From assembly GCA_963753435.1 (NCBI GenBank), contig CAVWCF010000001.1, positions 608,001 through 672,000 on the forward strand: a DNA stretch of 64,000 bases, written 5' to 3'. This stretch comes from an uncultured Actinomycetota bacterium (lineage in GTDB: Bacteria; Actinomycetota; Actinomycetes; CAVWCF01). A program made the translations under genes and the position numbers. A model generated the notes under the pieces. The model made no database searches and was not told where the DNA came from. It was given only the letters and a program-made list of their open reading frames with translations. Below, piece by piece: positions 1 to 9,419 of the stretch (the first letter of the stretch is position 1; every line of letters starts with the position of its first letter).

Positions 1-364
1 CGCACATCCAGTCGGTGAGGACGACCAGGTCGCGCCCAATGTCGCGGCCTTGCTCCAGAGTTGGCCGTACCTTGGCGTAGAACTCCTCGTTGTCGTTGAT
101 GTCCTCGGTGAGTTGGACCTGGATTCCCTTTTCCTCCTGGAAGCGAACCAGCGTCGGGCGCTCACCGGACTCCTCATCGACATCGGTGTACTCGATCCAG
201 TTGGACCAGTTCACGACACCATCGGGCTCGGCGGGCTCAACCTCAGACGTCGAACTCCCGGTTCCGCATGCGGCCAGCGCCACACCCGCCGCACCGGTTC
301 CCGAAACAGCCAGGAACTGCCGCCGCGACAGCCGATTGGTCAACCTTCTGTTCCGCCTGGCCAC
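1..364 (-). CDS. Polyamine ABC transporter substrate-binding lipoprotein (PotD/PotF family), 5' part; runs off the window edge
   Basis: Not in ORF track; read manually from GTG 364: VARRNRRLTNRLSRRQFLAVSGTGAAGVALAACGTG...VNWSNWIEYTD...EDINDNEEFYAKVRPTLEQGRDIGRDLVVLTDWM. Twin-Arg motif plus LAAC lipobox; clear paralog of 1860..3020. Confidence 0.85.
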   Translation of the reverse strand, partial: MARRNRRLTNRLSRRQFLAVSGTGAAGVALAACGTGSSTSEVEPAEPDGVVNWSNWIEYTDVDEESGERPTLVRFQEEKGIQVQLTEDINDNEEFYAKVRPTLEQGRDIGRDLVVLTDWMC

Positions 365-371
365 CTGTCCC

Positions 372-1856
372 CTACCCCCGATCGCCGAAAATGGTCCGGT
401 GCCAATCCTTGCGCGCTATGGCGGAGTTGTCAGACATAACGTGCTTAATCGCTGTGTACTCATCGAAGGAGTACTGGCTCATGTCCTTGCCGAAGCCGGA
501 CTGCTTGAACCCACCGTGCGGCATCTCGCTGATGATCGGAATGTGGTCGTTGATCCATACGCAACCGGCGCGAATCTCGCGCGCCGCGCGCTGTGCGCGA
601 AAGACGTCGCGGGTCCAGGCTGATGCGGCCAACCCGTAAGGCGTGTCGTTGGCCAAGTTGAAGCCGTCGTCATCGCTGTCGAACGGCAGCACCACCAGCA
701 CCGGCCCGAAGATCTCCGACTGAACCACTTCCGAGCCCTGGGCGGCGCCGGTGATCAGCGTCGGTTCGTAGTAGGCGCCCTGGGCCAGGTCGCCGCCCGG
801 AACCGATCCCCCGCGAACCACCTGGGCGCCATCGGCAATTGCCCGCTCCACGAAACCGGCAACGGATTCCTGCTGGCGGCGGGAGATCAGCGGCCCCTGA
901 TCGGTCCCTGGGTCGAACGGATCACCCAGTCGCACTCCGGCCATCACGTCGGCAACGCCGGCCACGAACTCCTCGTACAGCGGGCGCTGCACGTACGCCC
1001 GTGTCGCGGCGGTGCAGTCCTGGCCGGTGTTGATGAGCGCCCCGGCCACAGCCCCTTGGACTGCCGCCGCGAGGTCAGCATCGTCGAAGACAACGAACGG
1101 CGCTTTGCCGCCTAGTTCCAGGTGAACGCGCTTGGCCGTCGGCGCTGCCGCGGCCATCACCGAAGTCCCGACCGGTGTCGACCCGGTGAACGACACCATG
1201 GCCACGTCGGGATGAGCGGCCAGGTGCGCCCCGACCACCGAACCCGCTCCCGTCAGCACGTTGATGACACCGGCGGGAAGTCCGGCTTCGGCAGCTGCAT
1301 CGGCCAGCATCAGCGACGTGAGCGGAGTCATCTCGGCCGGTTTCAGCACGATGGTGTTGCCAGCTGCGATCGCGGGAAGGATCTTCCAGCCAGCCATCTG
1401 CAAGGGATAGTTCCAGGGCGCGATCGACGCCACCACGCCGATGGCTTCCCGGCGGATCATCGAGGTGTGGTCGCCGGAGTACTCCCCCGCAGCTCGACCC
1501 TCGAGGTTGCGGGCCGCTCCGGCGAAGAAGGAAACGTTGTCGATCGTCCCGGGGACGTCGAACTCGGTGCTCAACTTGATCGGTTTGCCGGTTTGCCGGC
1601 TTTCCGTATCAGCGAACTGGCCGGCCTTGTTGGAAAGAATCTCCGCCAACCGGACCAGGACCCCGGCTCGCTCCGCTGGTGTTGCCCGAGACCACTCCGG
1701 AAACGCCTCCGTTGCGGCGGCTACTGCCGCATCCGCATCGGCGGCGTCGGCCAGCACAACGGTCTCGACCACGTTGCCGGTGGCCGGGTCGACGACGTCA
1801 AAGGTCTTGCCCGAACTTCCTGTCGCCGCCCGGCCCCCGATGCGCTGATGCGCCAT
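372..1856 (-). CDS. Gamma-aminobutyraldehyde dehydrogenase-like aldehyde dehydrogenase
   Basis: ALDH motifs [30 protein letters not shown]; C-terminal [17 protein letters not shown] typical of the PatD/YdcW family. Confidence 0.88.
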   Translation of the reverse strand: MAHQRIGGRAATGSSGKTFDVVDPATGNVVETVVLADAADADAAVAAATEAFPEWSRATPAERAGVLVRLAEILSNKAGQFADTESRQTGKPIKLSTEFDVPGTIDNVSFFAGAARNLEGRAAGEYSGDHTSMIRREAIGVVASIAPWNYPLQMAGWKILPAIAAGNTIVLKPAEMTPLTSLMLADAAAEAGLPAGVINVLTGAGSVVGAHLAAHPDVAMVSFTGSTPVGTSVMAAAAPTAKRVHLELGGKAPFVVFDDADLAAAVQGAVAGALINTGQDCTAATRAYVQRPLYEEFVAGVADVMAGVRLGDPFDPGTDQGPLISRRQQESVAGFVERAIADGAQVVRGGSVPGGDLAQGAYYEPTLITGAAQGSEVVQSEIFGPVLVVLPFDSDDDGFNLANDTPYGLAASAWTRDVFRAQRAAREIRAGCVWINDHIPIISEMPHGGFKQSGFGKDMSQYSFDEYTAIKHVMSDNSAIARKDWHRTIFGDRG

Positions 1857-1859
1857 CGA

Positions 1860-3020
1860 TCAGTTGCCGATCACTGCCTGGAACTGGCTTTGGTACTTGC
1901 TGTCCGTCTCTTCGTCCAGCGCCTGGAAGATGGTCCCGCGACCCAGTTGCTCGTCGTTGGGGAAGATCCACTCGCTCTCGGCCAACTCGGGATCAATCTG
2001 CTCCATCGCCTCCTGAGCCCCGGCGATGGGACACAGGTAGTTGACGTAGGCGGCGACCTCAGCGGCATTTGCCGGGTCCATGTAGAAGTTGATGAGTTTC
2101 TCAGCGTCCGCCTGGTCACCGGCAACTTGCGGGATCAGGATGTTGTCCGTCCACAGCGTCCCGCCGGACTCCGGCAACGCGAACCCGAAGTCGTCGCCCA
2201 AACTGACGACGTCCCCGGACCACCCGATCACCGCGACCGCGTCGCCGCCCTCGAGCGAAGTCAGGTAGTCGTTGCCCTGTACCTGGCGGATCTGCCCGGA
2301 GTCGACCTGCCGCTGCAACTCGGCCAGCGCCTCGTCGTACTCCTCATCCCCGAAGCTGCTGGGGTCGTTGCCCTGCGCGAGCATGATCACGCCGATCGTG
2401 TCGCGCATCTCGGTCAGCACCGAGACCCGACCCTTCAACTCCGGCGCCCACAACTCCTCAACGCTGGACAGCGAGGTCTTGCCGGTCAGTTCCTGCAGGA
2501 GCGGCGTGTTCCAGCCGAGACCGGCGAAGCCGGACTGCCAGGGCACCGTGTACTCGCGCGAGGAATCGAAGTCAGGGCTCTGCAGGCGCTCGATGATGTT
2601 GCCCGCGTTGGGGATGTTGTCCTTGTTGAGTTTTTCGGTCCAGCCGTTGGCGATCCACAGACCGGCCATCCAGTCCGTCAGCACCGCCATGTCCCGGTCG
2701 ATGCTGCGGCCCTGCTCCAGCGTCGGTCGAACCTTCGCCAGGAACTCGTTGTTGTCGTTGACGTCCTCGACGTAGTTGACGGTGATGCCCAGTTCTGACT
2801 GGGCGCGCTCAAGGCTCGGGCGAGCACCCGTGTCGTCGTCAATGTCGATGTACGCGATCCAGTTGGACCAATCGACCGTGCCGTCCGGAGCCGCCTCCTC
2901 CTTGTCGCCGGTGCTGCTGCCGGTGCCGCAGGCGGCCAGCGCCAGGCCGGCAGCACCCGCTCCAGATGCGGCTAGAAATCCACGGCGGGTAAGCCGTCCA
3001 CGTCCGGTCATGCCAGTCAT
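1860..3020 (-). CDS. Polyamine ABC transporter substrate-binding lipoprotein
   Basis: LTRRGFL Tat motif, LAAC lipobox, WSNW..YID, PWQSG, WSGD, LWTDN motifs of the PotD family; ATG 3020 preceded by GGAGTGAGG. Confidence 0.88.
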   Translation of the reverse strand: MTGMTGRGRLTRRGFLAASGAGAAGLALAACGTGSSTGDKEEAAPDGTVDWSNWIAYIDIDDDTGARPSLERAQSELGITVNYVEDVNDNNEFLAKVRPTLEQGRSIDRDMAVLTDWMAGLWIANGWTEKLNKDNIPNAGNIIERLQSPDFDSSREYTVPWQSGFAGLGWNTPLLQELTGKTSLSSVEELWAPELKGRVSVLTEMRDTIGVIMLAQGNDPSSFGDEEYDEALAELQRQVDSGQIRQVQGNDYLTSLEGGDAVAVIGWSGDVVSLGDDFGFALPESGGTLWTDNILIPQVAGDQADAEKLINFYMDPANAAEVAAYVNYLCPIAGAQEAMEQIDPELAESEWIFPNDEQLGRGTIFQALDEETDSKYQSQFQAVIGN

Positions 3021-3022
3021 CC

Positions 3023-4474
3023 TCACTCCCCGATATTCGCCATTACGTGCTTGACCCTGGTGTAGTCCTCGAAGCCGTACATGGACAGGTCCTTGCCGTA
3101 CCCCGAGTGCTTAAAGCCACCGTGCGGCATCTCTGCCACCAGCGGGATGTGCGTGTTGATCCAAACACAACCGAAGTCCAAACGCTTGGCCATTCGCATC
3201 GCTCGACCGAAGTCCTGGGTCCAAACCGACGACGCGAGGCCATAGTCGACGCCGTTCGCCCACGTCAGCGCCTGAGCCTCGTCACTGAATCGCTGCACCG
3301 TAATGACGGGGCCGAACACCTCGTTTTGGATGATCTCGTCTTCCTGGTTCAGGTCGGCCACGACGGTCGGGGAGTAGTGGAAGCCAACGTCACCGAGTCG
3401 TTGCCCCCCGGTCGTCAGGTTGGCGTGGTCTGGCAGTCGCTCGATAAACCCGGCGACCCGGGCCAGCTGATTAGCGCTGTTTACAGCCGGCAACAGGGCA
3501 TCGTCGTGCTCGCGCCCCAGCGCGTGCGCGGTAGCGATCCCCCTGGCCTGTTCGGTCAGGGCAGAAACGAAGTCGTCGTAAACACCGGGGGCGCCGAGAA
3601 CGCGGGTCGCCGCGGTGCAGTCCTGGCCCGCATTGAAGTATCCGGCGATCGCAATTGCCTCAGCGGCCGCCTCAATGTCTGCATCGTCGAATATGACGAT
3701 CGGCGCCTTGCCACCCAGTTCCAGGTGGACGCGCTTGACGTCCTTTGCCGCCGAACCGGCGACCTCCATACCCGCGCGCACGCTCCCCGTGATCGCCACC
3801 ATCTCCGGAGTCGGGTGCTCGACCAACGCTCGACCTGTGTCCCGGTCACCGCACAAGACGTTGAGCACACCGGGCGGGAGCACGTCGTGCTCGGCGAACA
3901 ACTGGGCCATCCGCACGGTGCTGACGGGGGTGGTGTCAGCCGGTTTCAACACGACGGTGTTTCCTGCGGCGATCGCCGGTGCGAACTTCCACACCGCCAT
4001 CATCATCGGGTAGTTCCAGGGAGTGACCTGCCCGATCACTCCGATCGGCTCGCGCCGGATCATCGAGGTGTGGCCCGGCATGTACTCGCCAGCGGCACGG
4101 CCCTCTAGCAGTCGAGCGGCGCCCGCGAAGAACCGGATCTGATCGACCATCGGCGGGATCTCCTCCGACATGGTCAGAGGGATCGGCTTGCCCGTGTTCT
4201 CGCTCTCGAGATCAACTAGCTCTTCGGCATGCTGCTCGATTACATCGGCCATCTTCAGCAAGGCTGCCTGCCGCTGCGACGGCGTGGTGTCACGCCATCC
4301 GTCGAACGCAGCCGCCGCTGCCGCATAGGCGGAATCGACGTCGGCCGCAGTCGATAGCGGGGCCGACGCGAAGACCTCACCCGTGTGTGGGTTCACCAGA
4401 TCGGTGGTCTGCCCGTCGCGGGCAGCGACCGACTCGCCGTTTATCAAGTTCCCAATGGTCCGCTTGTCCGCCAC
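3023..4474 (-). CDS. Gamma-aminobutyraldehyde dehydrogenase-like aldehyde dehydrogenase (second copy)
   Basis: [42 protein letters not shown]; GTG start with GGAGG SD. Confidence 0.88.
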   Translation of the reverse strand: MADKRTIGNLINGESVAARDGQTTDLVNPHTGEVFASAPLSTAADVDSAYAAAAAAFDGWRDTTPSQRQAALLKMADVIEQHAEELVDLESENTGKPIPLTMSEEIPPMVDQIRFFAGAARLLEGRAAGEYMPGHTSMIRREPIGVIGQVTPWNYPMMMAVWKFAPAIAAGNTVVLKPADTTPVSTVRMAQLFAEHDVLPPGVLNVLCGDRDTGRALVEHPTPEMVAITGSVRAGMEVAGSAAKDVKRVHLELGGKAPIVIFDDADIEAAAEAIAIAGYFNAGQDCTAATRVLGAPGVYDDFVSALTEQARGIATAHALGREHDDALLPAVNSANQLARVAGFIERLPDHANLTTGGQRLGDVGFHYSPTVVADLNQEDEIIQNEVFGPVITVQRFSDEAQALTWANGVDYGLASSVWTQDFGRAMRMAKRLDFGCVWINTHIPLVAEMPHGGFKHSGYGKDLSMYGFEDYTRVKHVMANIGE

Positions 4475-4586
4475 CCGGCACCTCCAGTTCGCGGATCATC
4501 ACACCACAGATCTGCGGTTTCGGTCAGCATCTCGGCCAAAATCGAGGAAACCCGTAGCCAAATGCCCTACAAGCATGCGGATTCCC

Positions 4587-4615
4587 TTGCCAATAGCCGC
4601 CAGCCACGACAGGAT
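4587..4615 (+). promoter_or_regulatory. Sigma-A-type promoter, probably leaderless, for the Lrp operon
   Basis: TTGCCA (4587-4592), N17, CAGGAT (4610-4615), 6 nt, then ATG 4622. Confidence 0.6.
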
Positions 4616-4621
4616 CCGCCC

Positions 4622-5089
4622 ATGTCCCGGACCGTGACTAGAAACGGCCTGGACGACGTGTCCAAACAGATCATCGAGCAACTGCAGCAGGACGGCCGTC
4701 GTCCGTACTCGGCCATTGCGGCCGCTGTGGGGCTGTCGGAGGCAGCGGTTCGCCAGCGGGTGCAACGACTGACCGACGCCGGCGTGATCCAGATAGTCGC
4801 CGTGACCGATCCACTCACCGTTGGATTCCCAAGAGCGGCGATGATCGGTGTGACGGTGGACGGGAACCTGGACTCCGTTGCCGACGAACTCGAGAAGCTG
4901 CCAGAGGCGGATTACCTGGTCGTGGTCGCCGGCGCGTACGACTTGCTCGTCGAGGTCGTGTGCGAGGACGACGACCACCTGCTGGATGTGTTGAACACCA
5001 AGATCCGTTCCGTTCCAGGCGTCGTCCGAACCGAGACGTTCGTCTACTTGAAGCTGCGAAAGCAGATCTACACCTGGGGTACCCGATGA
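4622..5089 (+). CDS. Lrp/AsnC family transcriptional regulator
   Basis: LDDVSKQIIEQLQQDGRRPYSAIAAAVGLSEAAVRQRVQRL HTH plus C-terminal RAM domain; start moved from ORF-track 4385 to ATG 4622. Confidence 0.9.
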   Translation: MSRTVTRNGLDDVSKQIIEQLQQDGRRPYSAIAAAVGLSEAAVRQRVQRLTDAGVIQIVAVTDPLTVGFPRAAMIGVTVDGNLDSVADELEKLPEADYLVVVAGAYDLLVEVVCEDDDHLLDVLNTKIRSVPGVVRTETFVYLKLRKQIYTWGTR

Positions 5090-6483
5090 CAGTGACACCG
5101 CAGTACGTGACCGAGCTCGGCCAGGACTCACTCGCCGAGACCGCACGACGGCATCTCTGGATGCACTTCACGCGCCACTCCGTCTACGAGTCGGGGGGTC
5201 ACGTCCCGGTCATCGAGCGGGGCGAGGGCGCCTATATCTGGGACGACACCGGGCGCCGCTATCTCGACGGCCTGGCGGGGTTGTTCGTCGTCCAGGTCGG
5301 CCATGGCCGAGCCGAGATAGCCGAAGCAATGGCGACCCAGGCCAAGCAGTTGGAGTTCTTCCCCCTTTGGTCGTACGCCCACCCGACGGCAATCAAGCTC
5401 GCCGAACGACTGGCGTCATACGCACCGGCGGACCTGAACCGCGTCTTCTTCACCACCGGTGGCGGCGAAGCGGTGGAGAGCGCCTGGAAGTTGGCAAAGC
5501 AGTACTTCCGGCTGACCGGCCGCCCGAACAAGTACAAGGTCATCAGTCGGGCCGTCGCGTACCACGGCACCCCGCAGGGCGCGCTTTCGATCACTGGCAT
5601 CCCCGCGGCCAAGGCCGATTTCGAACCACTGGTTCCGGGCGCTCACAAGGTGCCGAACACAAACTTCTACCGCGCTCCCGAGCACGGCGACGATCTCGAA
5701 GCATTCGGTCGCTGGGCCGCGGACCGCATCGCCGAGGCGATCGAGTTCGAAGGAGCGGACACCGTCGCCGCCGTCTTCCTGGAGCCGGTGCAGAACTCCG
5801 GGGGCTGCTTCCCGCCGCCGCCGGGCTACTTCGAGCGGGTGCGGGAGATCTGCGACGAGTACGACGTCCTGCTCGTGGCCGACGAGACCATCTGCGCCTT
5901 CGGCCGAATCGGCGACATGTTCGCCATGAACCGTTTCGGAGTTGTCCCCGACATCCTCACTTTCGCCAAGGGTCTGACCTCCGGCTACGCCCCGCTGGGC
6001 GCGATGATCGCCTCGGACCGCTTGTTCGAGCCGTTCCGCAACGGCACCGCGACGTTCCTGCACGGGTACACCTGGGCGGGACACCCGGTGTCCGCCGCCG
6101 CGGCTATGGCCAACCTGGACATCTTCGAGAACGAGAATCTGATCGAACACGTGCGGTCCAACGAAGGAGCGTTCCGGTCGACTCTGGAGAAGCTGCACGA
6201 CCTGCCCATCGTCGGTGATGTCCGCGGCGAGGGGTACTTCTACGGAATCGAGTTGGTCAAGGACAAGCAGACCAAGGAGACGTTCAACGACGACGAGGCC
6301 GAACGGCTGTTGCGCGGCTTCTTGTCCAAGGCGCTCTTCGACAACGGCCTGTACTGCCGAGCCGACGACCGCGGCGACCCGGTCATTCAACTGGCACCAC
6401 CGTTGATCATCGGTCAGCCGGAGTTCGACGAGATCGAGCAAATCCTTCGATCGGTGCTGACCGAGGCCTGGTCGATCCTCTGA
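5086..6483 (+). CDS. Class-III PLP aminotransferase (putrescine/omega-amine:pyruvate type)
   Basis: LWMHFT, YLDGLAGL, GGEAVE, YHG, EPVQNSGG, DETICAFGRIG, TFAKGLTSGY; ATGA overlap with the Lrp stop. Confidence 0.9.
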   Translation: MTVTPQYVTELGQDSLAETARRHLWMHFTRHSVYESGGHVPVIERGEGAYIWDDTGRRYLDGLAGLFVVQVGHGRAEIAEAMATQAKQLEFFPLWSYAHPTAIKLAERLASYAPADLNRVFFTTGGGEAVESAWKLAKQYFRLTGRPNKYKVISRAVAYHGTPQGALSITGIPAAKADFEPLVPGAHKVPNTNFYRAPEHGDDLEAFGRWAADRIAEAIEFEGADTVAAVFLEPVQNSGGCFPPPPGYFERVREICDEYDVLLVADETICAFGRIGDMFAMNRFGVVPDILTFAKGLTSGYAPLGAMIASDRLFEPFRNGTATFLHGYTWAGHPVSAAAAMANLDIFENENLIEHVRSNEGAFRSTLEKLHDLPIVGDVRGEGYFYGIELVKDKQTKETFNDDEAERLLRGFLSKALFDNGLYCRADDRGDPVIQLAPPLIIGQPEFDEIEQILRSVLTEAWSIL

Positions 6484-7130
6484 GCGCGACACCCGGCGAT
6501 ACCGCCCGCACCACCGTTCGCCGGCTGCCGGAAAAGGCGGTGCGCGACCGCGACGTCCTAGACCAGATCCTGGACGCCGCGGTCGTGGCACACGTCGGCA
6601 TCGACGACGACGGCCCGGTTGTGGTGCCGGTCGCCTTCGCCCGGGACGGCGAGCGGGTCCTGGTCCACGGCTCGGCGGCGTCCCGCCTGTTCCGTCGACT
6701 CGCGGCCGGTGCCCCGGCCTGTCTGACCGTGACCATCCTGGATGCACTCGTGGTGGCCCGTGCCAGCTTCGAACTGAGCATGAACTACCGCTGCGTCATG
6801 GTCTTCGGGCGCTTCACCGAAGTGACTGGAGCGGAGGCCAAGACGGCGGCGCTGCGTACGCTCACGGAGACGCTGATGCCCGGCCGATGGGCCGACGTGC
6901 GACCCCCGGACCCCCAGGAGTTGTTGGCGACCACGGTGTTGGCTCTGCCACTGGCGGAATGCTCGGTGAAGGTCTCCGACAAGTACCCGGACGACTCCCC
7001 CGCAGATCGCGCAATGAACGTATGGGCCGGCCTGGTCCCGATCCACCGGAGTCTGGGCACCCCCATGCCTGATCGGGACCTGCCCGACGTCATCCCGGTT
7101 CCCGACTACGTCAGCACCTGGCGCGCATGA
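6480..7130 (+). CDS. Pyridoxamine 5'-phosphate oxidase-like / NimA-like split-barrel flavin-binding protein
   Basis: ILDAAVVAHVG, HGSAASR, LVVARASF..SMNYRCVM, WAG.VP; family-like N-terminus RTTVRRLPEKA lies upstream of GTG 6540, implying CTG 6480 (start uncertain). Confidence 0.8.
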   Translation: MSATPGDTARTTVRRLPEKAVRDRDVLDQILDAAVVAHVGIDDDGPVVVPVAFARDGERVLVHGSAASRLFRRLAAGAPACLTVTILDALVVARASFELSMNYRCVMVFGRFTEVTGAEAKTAALRTLTETLMPGRWADVRPPDPQELLATTVLALPLAECSVKVSDKYPDDSPADRAMNVWAGLVPIHRSLGTPMPDRDLPDVIPVPDYVSTWRA

Positions 7131-7161
7131 ACCACCTACTCTGAACAACCGAGGGATGCCA

Positions 7162-8328
7162 ATGACTCAATCTGCGCTCGCCATGCTGGATGCGGAGGAT
7201 CTGCTCACCGATGAGCAGCGCGCCATCCGCGACACCGTTCGTCGATTCGTTGATGACCGGGTACGCCCGGAGGTTGCGCAATGGTTCGAATCCGGCGAGA
7301 TACCGGCCCGCGAGTTGGCGGCCGAACTCGGCAATCTGGGCGTGCTCGGCATGCACCTGGATGGCTACGGGTGCGCCGGTACCGATGCGATCAGCTACGG
7401 GTTGGCCTGCATGGAGTTGGAGGCCGGCGACTCCGGGCTCCGCTCCCTGGTCAGCGTCCAGGGCTCCCTGGCGATGTTTGCCATCTGGCGGTGGGGAACC
7501 GAGGAACAGAAGACTGAGTGGCTACCCCGTCTAGCCGCCGGGGAGGCGATCGGCTGCTTCGGCCTGACCGAACCGGACTTCGGCTCCAACCCAGCGGACA
7601 TGCGGACCTCCGCCAAACGCGACGGTGACGACTGGGTGCTGTCCGGCTCGAAGATGTGGATCACGAACGGGACCGTGGCCGACGTGGCCGTGGTCTGGGC
7701 GCAGACAGAGGACGGAATCGCCGGATTCGTGGTCCCAACCGACACCCCCGGGTTCTCGGCTCCGGAGATCAAGCACAAGATGTCGTTGCGAGCCTCGGTG
7801 ACATCTGAGTTGATCCTGGATGCGGTACGGCTGCCCGGTTCGGCACGGCTCGGTGACGTAACCGGGCTCAAGGGGCCGCTGTCCTGCCTGTCCGAGGCGC
7901 GGTTCGGGATCGTTTTTGGCGCCGTCGGCGCGGCCCGGGACTGCCTGGCCGCCACCACCGACTACGCATTGAGCCGCGAACAGTTCGGGCGGCCGATCGC
8001 CGGATTCCAATTGACCCAGGCGAAGCTGGCCGACATGGCTCTGGAGCTGCAGAAGGCGTACCTGCTTGCGCTGCACCTGGGTCGGCTCAAGGACGCTGGG
8101 CGAGTCCGCCCCGAGCAGATCAGTTTGGGCAAGTTGAACAACGTTCGCGAGGCGTTGGACATCGCCCGCACCTGCCGCACGATCCTGGGCGCCAGCGGCA
8201 TCACGCTGGAGTACCCGGTCTTGCGGCATGCGAACAACCTGGAGTCGGTGCTCACGTACGAGGGAACGTCAGAAATCCACGCACTGGTGGTCGGCCAGGC
8301 ACTGACCGGGCTGCCGGCCTACCGCTGA
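7162..8328 (+). CDS. Acyl-CoA dehydrogenase, glutaryl-CoA dehydrogenase-like
   Basis: DSGLRSLVSVQGSL, GCFGLTEPDFGSNP, KMWITNG, KMSLRASVT, NLESVLTYEGT. Start 7156 or 7162. Confidence 0.85.
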   Translation: MTQSALAMLDAEDLLTDEQRAIRDTVRRFVDDRVRPEVAQWFESGEIPARELAAELGNLGVLGMHLDGYGCAGTDAISYGLACMELEAGDSGLRSLVSVQGSLAMFAIWRWGTEEQKTEWLPRLAAGEAIGCFGLTEPDFGSNPADMRTSAKRDGDDWVLSGSKMWITNGTVADVAVVWAQTEDGIAGFVVPTDTPGFSAPEIKHKMSLRASVTSELILDAVRLPGSARLGDVTGLKGPLSCLSEARFGIVFGAVGAARDCLAATTDYALSREQFGRPIAGFQLTQAKLADMALELQKAYLLALHLGRLKDAGRVRPEQISLGKLNNVREALDIARTCRTILGASGITLEYPVLRHANNLESVLTYEGTSEIHALVVGQALTGLPAYR

Positions 8329-9419
8329 GGTGGCCCCGACCGGTACTGGACCGGAGTGGCCGACAGCCTGATCGGGTTGGCCACCGTCGGCACCGAGTCG
8401 ACCTCCACGATCGGATCCAGGCCCAGTCGATCGGCCAGATCCACCGCAGCAGCGAGGTCATTGATCGGACCCGCGGGAACGCCGGCGGCGGAGAGCTTCT
8501 CGAACCATTCCGAAGCGCTGCGCTGAGCCAAAGCAGCACCAAGTCGCGGCACCAACTCGTCTCGGGCCGCGACCCGCGCGGGGTTCGTCGCAAACCGGTC
8601 GTCCAGGGCCAACGCCGGCACGTCGAGGACCTCGCACAGCCGCCGGAACTGCTCGTCGTTACCCACGGCGAGCACCAATGGTCGGTCCGCGGTCTGGAAG
8701 ACCTCGTACGGACAGATCGACGGGTGACGGTTTCCGAGGATCCCCGGCACGACGCCACCGGCGACGTAGGCGGAGGCCTGGTTCGTCAGCGCCGACAGCA
8801 GGCTCGACAGGAGGTTCACCTCGACGTGCTGCCCGACGCCGGTCTCGATCCGGTGCCGCAGGGCCGCGAGGATTCCCACGGTTGCGTGCAGACCGCAGAT
8901 GACGTCTACCAGCGCAACTCCCACCTTGGTGGGATCGTCGGGTCCCGGACCGGTGATGCTCATCAGGCCGCCGACGGCTTGGGCCAGCAGGTCGTAGCCA
9001 GGCAGCTCGGCGCCCGGACCGGAGCCGAATCCGGTGATCGACGCGTACACCACGCCCGGGTTGGCCGCGGACACCTCGTCATAGCCGAGACCGAACCGCT
9101 GCATCGTGCCGGGGGCGAAGTTCTCCACCACGATGTCGGCGCGAGCAGCCAGTTCTGCGGCGGCCCGCCGGTCCGCGTCATCGCGCAGGTCCAGCCACAC
9201 GGAGCGCTTGTTGCGGTTGACGCCCAGGAAGTACGTGGACTCGCGCCCACGATCGGAATTCCGCCAGGGCGGGCCCCACTGCCGGGTGTCGTCGCCAACT
9301 CCGGGCCGCTCCACTTTGACCACCTCGGCGCCGAGATCGCCGAGCAACATCGTCGCGTACGGGCCCGCCAGCACCCGGGAGAAGTCCGCGACCAGCACCC
9401 CGGCCAGGGCTGTCGTCAC
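8319..9419 (-). CDS. CaiB/BaiF (family III) CoA-transferase
   Basis: [53 protein letters not shown]; GTG 9419 overlaps the rlmN stop (GTGA). Confidence 0.9.
   Translation of the reverse strand: MTTALAGVLVADFSRVLAGPYATMLLGDLGAEVVKVERPGVGDDTRQWGPPWRNSDRGRESTYFLGVNRNKRSVWLDLRDDADRRAAAELAARADIVVENFAPGTMQRFGLGYDEVSAANPGVVYASITGFGSGPGAELPGYDLLAQAVGGLMSITGPGPDDPTKVGVALVDVICGLHATVGILAALRHRIETGVGQHVEVNLLSSLLSALTNQASAYVAGGVVPGILGNRHPSICPYEVFQTADRPLVLAVGNDEQFRRLCEVLDVPALALDDRFATNPARVAARDELVPRLGAALAQRSASEWFEKLSAAGVPAGPINDLAAAVDLADRLGLDPIVEVDSVPTVANPIRLSATPVQYRSGPPQR

Noticed and set aside
1122-2798. Long plus-strand ORFs (also 10294..11811, 18102..19640, 22970..24703, 26218..27759)
   Set aside because: Antisense shadows of well-recognised genes, expected in high-GC DNA; no recognisable motifs.
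4475-4586. Lrp operator or riboswitch in the divergent intergenic region
   Set aside because: Lower GC, but I could not identify a convincing palindrome or known riboswitch motif by eye.
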